A DNA stretch of 63,776 bases, the filler included, from Collodictyon triciliatum (lineage: Eukaryota), in NCBI GenBank assembly GCA_043381765.1. It is 5 parts of 5 records of this genome, joined end to end, with 100 filler letters (N's around TTAATTAATTAA, not from the genome) between each part and the next. Parts side by side here need not be neighbours in the genome. Positions count along the whole stretch, not along the records: positions 11,417 to 28,789 come from JBHJMP010000776.1; 4 more parts are not named here. One strand, given 5' to 3'. Under the pieces are notes generated by a model. It was not told the DNA's origin and made no database searches. It saw only the letters and a program-made list of their open reading frames with translations. The stretch's first letter is position 1, and each line of letters opens with the position of its first letter. The position numbers and the translations under genes were made by a program. This document shows, in pieces, positions 14,501 through 25,702 of this stretch.

Positions 14501-17500
14501 GGAAAATTGCATGAAAGTCGACGAAAAGCCTTACTTCGAATATGCTCTTCTTCCTTTGTCAAATTTAATGGCCCGTGACACGTATGAACAACTCTAAACA
14601 AAACACAAAAACACAAAAACACAAAAACACAAAAACACAAAAACACAAAAACACAAAAACACAAAAACACAAAAACACAAAAACACAAAAACACAAAAAA
14701 CAAACAAACAAACAAACAAACAAACAAACAAACAAACAAACAAACAAACAAACAAACAAACAAACAAACAAACAAAAACAAAAACAAAAAAAAAACGCAA
14801 AAACACAAAAACAAAAAAGAAAACAAAAGGACCCACATGTTACTTTGCACCTGTATTCGTTGAATAAAATTCAATTTTATCGATGGCTGAAACTAGGAAT
14901 CGTGTCGTCTCAGATCTTCTCATGAACAGAGCAAATATGTCAAAAGCCATGGTTCATTGGATTCGATCTTGGTTTCAGTCCATATCACCAAATAATGTAC
15001 GAAAATACAATACCGCTTCATGCATTTAACCCTGACATTCAATTCGTGTCAGTTAAGACGTTTGAATCGTAATCCATACACGCATTCACCACCAAATTTA
15101 ATGTCATTCATTTTATTCCCTGCAGAATGGGTCGCCAAACATAATTCTTATTCGCTCCATTTTGCGCGTTGCGGAGACAATATCCAAAATTGATTCATAT
15201 CATATAATTTCTCAAACCTTTATTGATATGCTGTTGAAGCTCATGCTGATGTGTAATCTGAAGTCAGGTCGACAAGTGCTCGGATTCGAAAAAGTGCATT
15301 TTTTTTATATATATTCCTTTTCTCTCTCCAGAAATAAAGAACTGTTTTCATATAACTTTTATCTCAAATATTGTCTTATACTAGTGAGAGAATTCTTACA
15401 TCAGTTACCTGAATTAAACATATCCACAGGAAATCAAAGGCCGAATTTACAAAATTTTACTCCTACTCAAAGCGCAATATGATAACCCGAAAGTAACGTA
15501 ACCTGCATTTTACATCATGACGTTCATGTATAATCTGGGCCACTTCGTCATCCTTTTATAAGAATTAATTTTAGTACTCTTTGTTTACGATTGTATCTCG
15601 AACGAACCTCAAGACAGCCTTGAATATGTTCCCCTTTTTTTCTTTACAGGATGTAGCCCACGAAGATTTAGTTGTATTGAGTCACAAGAAGAAGCGAGTC
15701 ACATTCATGCTCAACCAATATTTTGACCAAGAAGTGGTTGAAATGGACTCCAGAATCAATGGTGCTGGGTCTACCAAATTCGTTTACCATTTTCCTATTA
15801 ATTACAGTTCCATAAGCATATTTCTATTGACAACACATCATGTAATTATTCTTTATCATTTTGAGCACTCTGTTAGTAATTTTGCACCCAATATGGCCCT
15901 TCTCAAATAAAATATGTACTGATTGGTCCAAATAGTTGCCACATTCAATGAGCTCAAAGACCTGCTTACCTTACTCGCTCCGTTTTCAAGCAAGGATAAA
16001 ATTTACTTGAGCTCGGATGCTTCGTTCATTCCAGTACTAGAGTCTTGCGGTTGGAACATCCTACGCTTTGAACTGCTCAGCAAATCACCATGGGAATGCA
16101 ATTTGAAATTCTTCCTTAGTTTGCTGATCAATTCAAAGTACAGAGATAGAAGTTCCGTTTCTATTGGTGCGTTGGTTTCAAGGGCAAAATTATATATATA
16201 TATATTAAGGAAAGGATTCTGTAAACCCTGTTTCACTCATTTTATCATACACAATTATCTTCTTCATTATCCCCTTCCATGATACATTTTAATTTAGTTC
16301 GTTTCATGTTTTTTTTCTGGTGATAAACATTTTTTGGCAGAGTTTTTCAAGATATTCGAAGTAGAAAATAAACTACCTATTGAATATGCCATCGAAATTC
16401 TGAAGCTTCTTGATTTTACAAATCCAAATGAAGCCGAGCATCCAGGGCATAAACGAGACTTTTTTCGCTCTGTAATTTTTCTTTTCTTCATCAACCAAAG
16501 CTGCAGATACCTTTCAAAACTTTTTTAAGAATTTTTCTTCATTTTCCAACCACATAGTACACGGAATAATACTGAGCTTAGTAATTTGAAATTGAAAAAA
16601 AATATTATTTTTTATCCATATTTCAAACTAGTATCGCCATAAGTTCATAACACAAGAGTTATTCGAACAAGAACTTCAGTATCTTGAATCACCATCACCA
16701 CAGCCCAGAGTTTATTTTCCCTTACTTACAATTTCACTTTTACTTTATCTAATTTTTTCTTGAATCTAAAATAGCCACCGGATGATTGCATCGTGATTGC
16801 TAATCCATAACTTCCCCTTACCCATTCACCCATCTATCAATTCCAGGCGGATGTGGTCAAGTCATACAACATCAAATACACCCAAGACTACTTCATCTCT
16901 CTGGTCACACGCGACTATAAATGTATGGCCCACCTCTATCATTCCATATGAAACCTCAACGAAACCACGCTACATCTACAAGACAATCCCACCACATACG
17001 ATATTAATTGCCCTGCCATCGAACCAATCCCCTTACTTACCTTACATCACATCAAGCATGATCAAATGCAACTTCTTTCCTATCTGATGCGACTATTTCC
17101 GCCTTTCTAACATTGCCATTTTTCAATCTGTGCGATGTACACTCGGCCATCCTTTTCCTTCAGACCCTGAAGCACTATCGCGGCCGATACTTGCACAGAT
17201 GAAGGAAGTAGCTGATCTGAGCAAAGGCCGCTTTGACAAGGAGGAGCTCCGGTCTATGGTACGGGCAGTGATTGGGCCGAGTGCCGAAAACTACGTTGAT
17301 GGCTTCTTTTTGATGTTTGATGAGGATGGTGATGGGACACTGGATCTGATGGAGGTCTTTGTGGGGCTCTGCAAGGTGAAGGACAGAGAGACCGACTGGA
17401 TTCCCGAGTGTGAGTGATGCAGCATGGCATTATTTTTTGGAATGATGGGCTCCTTCGCATTAACCTTTGTGTCTGCGTATATTCTAATCACGCACTGCGC

Positions 17501-18099
17501 GCATATCGTTTCTGTGAATGCATCCTTGTGGGTGAAGGAATGTAATGAGGAAAATCAAAAGTTTTAATAATTGCCGTGTTTTTGCAGACGCCTTCCGTTT
17601 GATCGACAGAGACCGCTCAGGATATATCAACGAGGATGAGTTTCAGCAGTTTATCCAAAGGCATATGGAGACGTCGCAAGCGGCTGGGGTTTTCCTCCAC
17701 AATTTATCTTTTCCTTTTTTTTTTTATATTTTATTTCACCTCATCATTATTATTCAAAGTTCATACGTGCGTTTTGAATGTGCTTGAACTTATATCGGGG
17801 TGGTAATATAACTATTGCGAGATGTCTTTCTGTGCAAGTTGCAAGACAGAATCGATTCTTTATATTTTTATTTAATTGTGCTTAGATACTGATTACTTTG
17901 TTGTTTCCGTCTGCGCAAAAATATCAAACATCAATTAATCTCAATACCAAACCAGGATTTGATTGCGCTGATGAACGGCGTGTTTGACGTTTTTGATGAG
18001 AATGGTGACAGAAAGCTTTCCTTTGCCGAGTTCCAATCCGCTCTCCGAAATACAACAATCCACAAGGCTTTCGAAAACCTCCTTTACGCGCATACATGA
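11545..18099 (+). CDS. Large predicted alpha-helical protein with C-terminal EF-hand (calcineurin B/NCS-like) domain; may be two genes
   Basis: About 19 GT-AG exons splice in frame from MEEEREPQ to ...NLLYAHT* (TGA 18097-18099). Canonical EF loops DEDGDGTLDLME, DRDRSGYINEDE, DENGDRKLSFAE lie at ~17320-18035. An alternative acceptor at 16557 would stop the upstream part at YTE*. Confidence 0.6.
12368..12471. repeat. (TGTGTC)n intronic microsatellite
   Basis: Direct inspection. Confidence 0.9.
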
Positions 18100-18504
18100 A
18101 TAAAATAATAAGCATTATTCATTTTCTTTTAAAAAATGGTACGACATTATGTCCGATAGTTTGAAAAGTAGAAAAAATAAGGACGAAGGGCCCATCTAAC
18201 GAATATTTCTCTGAAACAGGTATTTTGAGTTGTTGATATTTTAAAATCGACAGCACTGTATCGAGCAATGACAAGCATAACTGTAGTTTACTAGAAAACT
18301 TTAATGAAAAAAACTTGATTAAAAATCCCACCAACCGAAAAAAAAAAAAGCCTATTCTTGGGCATCTGAGAAATGAAATGAAGAGGTTTATATTATAAGA
18401 GCGCTTTGAACAAAATTTCGATTAAATTCGTAGAAATCATCACTATCGTTATATTCCAATTTCCCTCCATTAAAAGAAGAAGCAGAATGATTGGGAAGGA
18501 TAAA

Positions 18505-18696
18505 TCAAGATATCTGCGCGATGGATAGCTGCTGGTCCTGAATCCGGAGTCTCCACGCAAGCAGCTGCATGACCGCGGCAGAAACCACGGGAATTGCAAA
18601 GTTGTCATCGAGCCTCAACACAATCCCAGAGTCCACAAAGCGCCGCCAACGAGCACGCCATGAAGCTGGAGGGCTCGGATGTCCATGGAACTAGAG

Positions 18697-18783
<87 letters not shown>

Positions 18784-20001
18784 CAAGGGATTTTAAAAAA
18801 AAGACAAAAAAGACAAAAAAGACAAAAAAGACAAAAAAGACAAAAAAGACAAAAAAAGACAAAAAAAGACAAAAAAAGACAAAAAAAAGACAAAAAAAGA
18901 CAAAAAAAGACAAAAAAAGACAAAAAAAGACAAAAAAAGACAAAAAAAGACAAAAAAAAGATAAAAGATAAAAAAAGCAAACGGTGCGTGAGGGCGATGA
19001 GGACGGGGCCTCCAGGTCATCGGGCGCGACGGGTGGGCAGATGACCCAGACGCAGTGTCCGGCCATGAGCTCTGTGAGGGTGGCAGCCAGGGCGCCGTAG
19101 AGGGCAAGAATCTCGACAAAGGGGGCGGGCCAGAGGACCGGGACGGCAACAAGGAAGCAGCAGGCAAAGCAGGCGAGAGAGCCTTCAAGGGATTTGTCAC
19201 CGAGGCGGATGCGGCCGCACGAGATGCCGACACAAGCAGCTGCGGCATCGCCCAGGACCAGAAACAGGACGGCGGCAACAGCCAGGCGATCCGGGAAGCA
19301 TTGCAGAGCCACGGCCGAGCCGGCCAGGTAGAACGGCAGCCCGCTCAGGCGGCCCTCCTCGCTCGGGCGCAGCAGCTCCTTACCCACCCCGCGCCACGCG
19401 CCCATCTGCAGCCGCACAGCCTCCCATGCGAGCGCAACGCACAGCAGCACACACAGAGCGCGGCTTGCATCGCACCCTGTCAGTCCAAAGTATGTGGCAC
19501 CCACCACATAGCCCACGGGGATGGCCAGCCCGTACGAGTGGAAGACCTTGCGCCTGGGTGTGATGATGATGTAATGTGATGTGATGCGATGTGATGCGAT
19601 GTGATTGTTGTAATTGTTATAATAAGATATGATGTGATGTTGGGTTTATTGTGTTGTGATATTATGTGATGTGACATGAAGATATGAGATGATGTTATTG
19701 TTGTGATGTGATGTGATGTGATGTGATGTGATTATCGTGACAATCCTGTTTCAGTTCATTTTTCTTTGATTTCCTGTTATTCTTTTGTTTTATATTACTT
19801 GATTATGTTCATAATCCTGTGCTTCCTGCCAACTCATTTCTTGCTAGGCGCTGGGGTTTTTTTAAATGTTTTGTTTAACTCTTTTTATTTATCAGAATGT
19901 TACTTGATCTCCTTGATGAGTCGTGGCATGCGCTTCATGGAGACGCCGCAGCGGCGCAGTGCGGGTTTCAGCAGGGCGTCCAGTCCGCTGTTTTTGTCCA
20001 T
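18505..20001 (-). CDS. CTP-dependent lipid kinase (DGK1 / dolichol kinase / phytol kinase family), 3 exons
   Basis: Spliced: MDKNSGLD...KEIK|RKVFHSYG..., LLRPSEEGRLSGLPFY, LVLGDAAAACVG...GRIRLGDKSLEGSLACF, LAATLTEL, LRLDDNFAIPVVS. These are the GDxxAxxxG / KSxEGS / DDNxxIP motifs of this family. Confidence 0.88.
18701..18975. repeat. (GA)n plus (CAAAAAA[A]GA)n intronic microsatellites
   Basis: Direct inspection; inside intron 2 of the lipid kinase gene. Confidence 0.9.
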
Positions 20002-20248
20002 GGTTCTGCGGATATTCTTGTTTCACTTGTGTTTTTCCATTTTCTCCATTTTTTGCTCTTATCTGTATTTCATGTTCTCCTCTTTTCTTTCTTTCTTTCT
20101 TTCTTTCTTTCCTTCTGCGGTTGGCCCCGTTTGATCAAACTCTCAGGCTCTTTCGTGCGGGGAATAAAGAGTCACCTCCTCCGTGCGTGTGGTTCGGTGC
20201 GATCAGATTCAGATTGATCCGGCTTTGAGGTTTGTCCTTGATTGATCG

Positions 20249-23200
20249 ATGCCGAAGGCGCGTGGAAAGGATGGGCGCCGCTTCAGGTTTGGCCTTTTGT
20301 CTTGCTCGCCTAAAGACGGACTTTTGCGTGAAGTGGATGAGCGCCGAAATAATACTCTGTCTTGCTGTCTGACAGGATCTGCATGGTTTCTGACTTTTTC
20401 TATCCGAACTTGGGAGGTTTGTATCCTCTTTTTTTTCTTCTGATTTTTTATATTTTTTTTTTGTTTTTTCATTTATTTATTCGTTTTCCCCCTTGTTTTA
20501 TAATTGGGAATTGTCCATACACCCGAATTGATTTCCTGGGCATGTATGTATGTATGTATGTATGTATGTATGTATGTATGTATGTATGTATGTATGTATG
20601 TATGTATGTATGTATGTATGTATGTATGTATGTATGTNNNNNNNNNNNNNNNNNNNNNNNNNNNNNNNNNNNNNNNNNNNNNNNNNNNNNNNNNNNNNNN
20701 NNNNNNNNNNNNNNNNNNNNNNNNNNNNNNNNNNNNNGTATGTATGTATGTATGTATGTATGTATGTATGTATGTATGTATGTATGTATGTATGTATGTA
20801 TGTATGTATGTATGTATGTATGTATGTATGTATGTATGTATGCTACTTTTTTGTTTTTGTTTTGCGGAGAAAGATAGGGCAAGTTAAACATGGATTAAGA
20901 CACACACATGACCATGTGACTTTTATGCGGATAGGAGTAGAAAGTCATATTTACTACCTGTCCCACCATCTCATGGAGTTAGGCCATAAAGTACACCCTT
21001 AATATGTACTAATCCTTTTCTTTCTTTTTTTTTTTGCATCATTTAACTAAAGGCATGCATAAATATCGTAATCCTAATCGTAAACATAAACAAAACAAAC
21101 ATAAATAAAAGGTGGTGATGGTGACTCATGCATATGGAGAGCGAAAGGGTATTCGCTATCTGACCAATGGATTGAAGGTATATTATCTTCCCATCAAAGT
21201 CATGTACAACCAGAGTACATTGCCTACTTTTTGGACCTTCTTGAAGCTCTTTCGGGATATTATGATAAGAGAAGGAATCGAGATTATCCACGGACATCAG
21301 GTTTTTCATTATTTTTTTTTACAAAAAGAAAAACTCCGTTCCGTTTGGAATACAATAATCCATGGTTATATCCTTAATAAAATTTTGTTTCAGCTCTCCT
21401 TTTCTTCTTCATCAAATGGCGTTGTCCAGGGCATACAGCCTTGATAAAATATTACCGGCATACTATTTTGAATTTTTTTTATCTTTTGCTCAAATCGATT
21501 TTCTAGGCATTTTCAACCCTTATGCACGAATTCCTCCTTCATGGAAGGGTAATGGGGTAGATAAGTTATATTCTATCTCAATATATACTCTTTTTTTTTA
21601 AAATTTTTTTATTTTGATCATTTTGACCAAAAAAAATATCATGATGAGAACAGTGCATCTTTGAATCGAATAAAGGAAAAAAATATGGGAGCAGTGCATA
21701 TATTCCCTTAGTATATGTATATATTCTCTATAATGTTCCAAGAAATCAAAATATTATTTCTTATTAAAGAATGATAAAAAAAAAAAAGGTTCCCGACTGT
21801 CTTCACCGACCACTCTCTCTTTGGATTTTCAGATACAAGCAATATCCTTATGAACAAAATTCTTGCATTCACCCTATGCGATATCGACCAGGTGGTATGT
21901 GTGTCGTACACTAGGTATTTCTTTTTCCATGTCACAAAGAAAATACAATGTCATGATTATCACCTATATTATAATTCTGAACGTATATTACATTGCGAAA
22001 ACCATCACACCAACTATTTGGAAAAACGTAGCAAAGAAAATACTGTCTTGAGGAGCAAAGTTGTTCCTGAGATTGTATCTGTAATACCAAACGCCATCGA
22101 CTCAAGCTTATATAGCCCCAGAGAGACAAAAAGAGAGAGAAGCGAAAGTTAGGGTTATATGACACTTTATATACTGAATTATTTCTGAAATAATAAAAAA
22201 TAATAATAATGGAAACCTAAGGAAACAATATTATTAAGAAAGGTAACTAATCCCATTTTCACCCATTTTTTTTTATGAAACAGTTGTAATTGTCTCCATC
22301 AGTCGGCTGGTCTACAGAAAAGGCGTGGAGTTACTCATCGAAACTATACCGTTGGTCTGCAAAAGGCATCCAGAAGTTAGATTCATAATTGGTTTGTATG
22401 TTTTATTCTGACCATTTACAGTGCCGATTCTATTCTTGCATTCTTCACCATGTTTTTCCAAGATGCCGCCAAATTAATCAGAGTATTTTTCATATAATTC
22501 TGCTCCAACGCAGGAGGTGACGGACCCAAAAAACCGAACGTGGAGGAGATGATTCGCCACCACCAATTAAAAGACCGAGTCACAATGCTTGGAGAAATCA
22601 ATTCAGATCAAGTCAGAGACGTAAGTAGCTAGAATACACAATACTTGTTGAAGAAGAGAAATTGCAGAGTCTATCGCGCAGTATATTGATTCTTTGGTTA
22701 TATGCACGGTTTATAATTAATTTATGTAAAACTGATTCGTCACGAAAGACACTCGTCCAAGGTGATATATTTCTGAATTGCTCGCTGACTGAGGCATTCT
22801 GTATGGCCATCGTGGAAGCTGCTTCCTGCGGACTTATTGTTGTAATGAAGCATTCTGTACAATACCATCATGACTTTATACTCTAAGTCTTGTTATAAAT
22901 GCAAAATTCTATTCTGATAAAAGATTGTGGATTTTTCCTATAGTCAATATAGCATTTTTTTCAACTTTGAAATTTCTTAAAGATATGATAAAGAGTTGGT
23001 TCCCTCCATTTCGGCTATATAAAATAAATGCGCCTAGGTGTCGACCAAAGTGGGAGGCATACCCGAGGTTCTACCCGAGTCGATAATGAAGCTTGCAGAC
23101 CCATTTCCAAAAGGTTTGTTGCGATCACAAAGGCAAACAAAACCATAGATAATTCTGATTCAATTATTCATCTAATGTCATCTTCACTTTTTTCTTTTTG

Positions 23201-24156
23201 CATTTTTCAATTATGTAAAACACAAACAACTCTGTTGTAGACCTTGCTGATGCGGTTGATGGTGCTATTCTGGAGATTGGGCTCAATGATCCATTCGATT
23301 TACACAAACAGGTAGTTAAAAGCCATCCTTTCGATAAATTATGGTGATATGGCGAAAATAATGTGTCGCAACCAATGTAAAAAAATTTTCATCGGAGTTT
23401 TAATTTTGAATCGAAACACTTTGGTATATTACCAGACAAATGGCCATTTAGGCTGATATAAATATACGATAAGCACCACATAATGTCCCACCCTAAAAAA
23501 AACAATATGATATTCGCAAGTGAGACCAAACATTCAAACTTTCAACTCGTGTGAGGGACAAAGACAATCCTTGCAAAAATGGTTATCAAAACAACCACAA
23601 ATTAAATATTCTATTCATGCGCTCTATGTAAGAAAAAAAGAGAAGAATAGAATAAAAAAAAAGAAAGAAAAATAACAGGAATAAAAACTCACCAGGTGAG
23701 CAAGATGTACAGCTGGGCCGATATTGCCGAGAGAACCTGCTGCGTCTATGAAAAGAGCATGATTGGTTCCAACCGGACTCCGTATGAGCGCTTGTCTCGG
23801 TAATTCCACCCGACCAGGCCAATCATCTCTTTCATCAAACATATGCGCCAAATCAGTTCCGCTTAGAATTTAATCTTTCACGTTTCATCGGATGATTCCT
23901 TCCAGCCGTGCATCTCAAATAAACTGAATCCCCTTCAACCAGAAACCTGGAGCATGGTCCGTTTTCAGGCCCGATATTCTGCTTAGTCCTCATCATGGAT
24001 TACTTGCTTCTCCTTGTGCTGGACTGGCTCTATCCCCGAAGCAACATCGAAACGGCTGTTGACTTTCCTCGAGAAAAGCACAAACAGACGGCGAAGTTTC
24101 ACAAACAAGCCATCAATTCACTGTGGGCACATCATATACTTCATCACACGGATTAG
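20249..24156 (+). CDS. PIGA: Phosphatidylinositol N-acetylglucosaminyltransferase catalytic subunit (PIG-A/GPI3), ~14 exons
   Basis: [127 protein letters not shown]-terminal TM ...[17 protein letters not shown]. All introns GT-AG. Confidence 0.96.
20542..20843. repeat. (TATG)n intronic microsatellite with internal gap
   Basis: Direct inspection; PIG-A intron 2. Confidence 0.9.
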
Positions 24157-24377
24157 AGATACGTTCACTAATAGATACCAGGAACATAAAAAGAAACATG
24201 CATCGACTAGTGCCTTTTTTTATTTTATAGAAATATTTGTTTTTATTCATATTCAGATTAAAGATGAGGGACTTGTTTTTCTTGAACCCAAGTTGATTTT
24301 TTTTTTTCGGATGGAAACCGCCAATAGACAACATACGACGTTGTTGTAGAGATGTTGGGTGATTTATTAGCGTATAG

Positions 24378-24452
<75 letters not shown>

Positions 24453-24464
24453 TCACGATGACCA

Positions 24465-25354
24465 TTAGCTTTTAGAGTCCTTCTTTGCATCGCAGGCAAC
24501 AATCTTCAAGTTGGGAACATGCAAGTCCACATCATTAGACTTGATCATAGCATCCTTGATGAGAAACGTCCATGTATTGTCGCATGAATTGTACCGCGTG
24601 AGGTTCCCTTTGATTGTATACCGGTCTTTCACGTGGTTGGCCAAGCTCTCGTTCATGGCCTGGGTTGGGTGTGAAGCAAGTTATCTCAGGGTGATGAGGC
24701 AGCCAATCAGAGGTATGAAGCAAAAAAAGCGGGCGTCTACAAGTGCCGGACGCAAACTCACCCGATCAAACTCTGCCAAGATCTCTTGTGCCAACGCAGG
24801 TTCCATCCGCCCAGCCTTGGCCATTTCGTCCAGACTCTCTTCCAGCGCGCTGCCAAGCGTAGATTTTCTGCATGATATTGAGTTTGTATGCGTGTATATG
24901 GTTTTTTTTTTAGGAGCTCCCTCAAAGATAAAAGAGCTCAAGAAGTGTGTTGTTTGTGCTTACGTGGCACCCTTTGCGCGAGAGAACTGATACTGGGTGA
25001 AAGAACAAAAGAAAAAGAAAAACAAAAAGAAAAAACAAAAACAAAAAGAAAAAAGAAAAAAGAAAAAGAAAAGAAAGAAAAAAGAAAAGAAAAAGAAAAG
25101 AAAAGAAAAAAAGAAAGAGAAAAAGAAAAAAAGAAAAGAAAAAGAAAAAAGAAAAAGAAAAGAAAAAGAAAAGAAAAGAAAAAGAGAAAGAGAAAAAGAA
25201 AAAGAAAAAAGAAAAAAGAAAAAAGAAAAGAAAGAAAAAAGAAAAGAAAAAGAAAAGAAAAAAGAAAAAAGAAAAAAGAAAAGAAAGAAAAAAGAAAAGA
25301 AAAAGAAAAGAAAAAAGAAAAGTACCTGTATAGATTGTAGTGTCTGTTGGCCAT
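24465..25354 (-). CDS. GTF2A2: Transcription initiation factor IIA gamma subunit, 3 exons
   Basis: MANRHYNLYR|KSTLGSALEESLDEM...LAQEILAEFDR|AMNESLANHVK...IKGNLTRYNSCDNTWTFLIKDA...LKIVACDAK. Confidence 0.95.
25003..25321. repeat. A/G-rich low-complexity tract in TFIIA-gamma intron 1
   Basis: Direct inspection. Confidence 0.9.
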
Positions 25355-25702
25355 CTGGAGCTCTGGTGCTTCTCCTGTCCCTGTCTGCCTTGGTCTCTGA
25401 CTCTGGGAAGATCGGGTTGCGGTCAGTGCCTTTGTGAGAATGATCCACAGGCAAAGCGGGTTTCCTGTGGCACGCTTCTCAGATCGCATCTCAGGCGGGT
25501 TGTCTTCGTGGATCAGGGTTTATTCCACGATCGCGCATAGTTCCGCAGGGTTTGAGCGGTTGCGCCGACATCTCATTTTCGTTTGATTGCAGAAAAGATG
25601 AAACCCCATTCAAGGCCAAGCATTGCACCACCGCAAAGCATATGGAAGCAAGATTATCGACTTATAAAAAGTGACTTCTGCAGTTCTGCTCTTCATCTTT
25701 AT

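Noticed and set aside
24888-25489. Long K/R/E-rich or F/S/L-rich ORFs here and at 1043-1920, 8724-9256, 14488-14925, 18594-19044, 46403-47107
   Set aside because: Translations of microsatellites, homopolymers and N gaps in introns or intergenic DNA.
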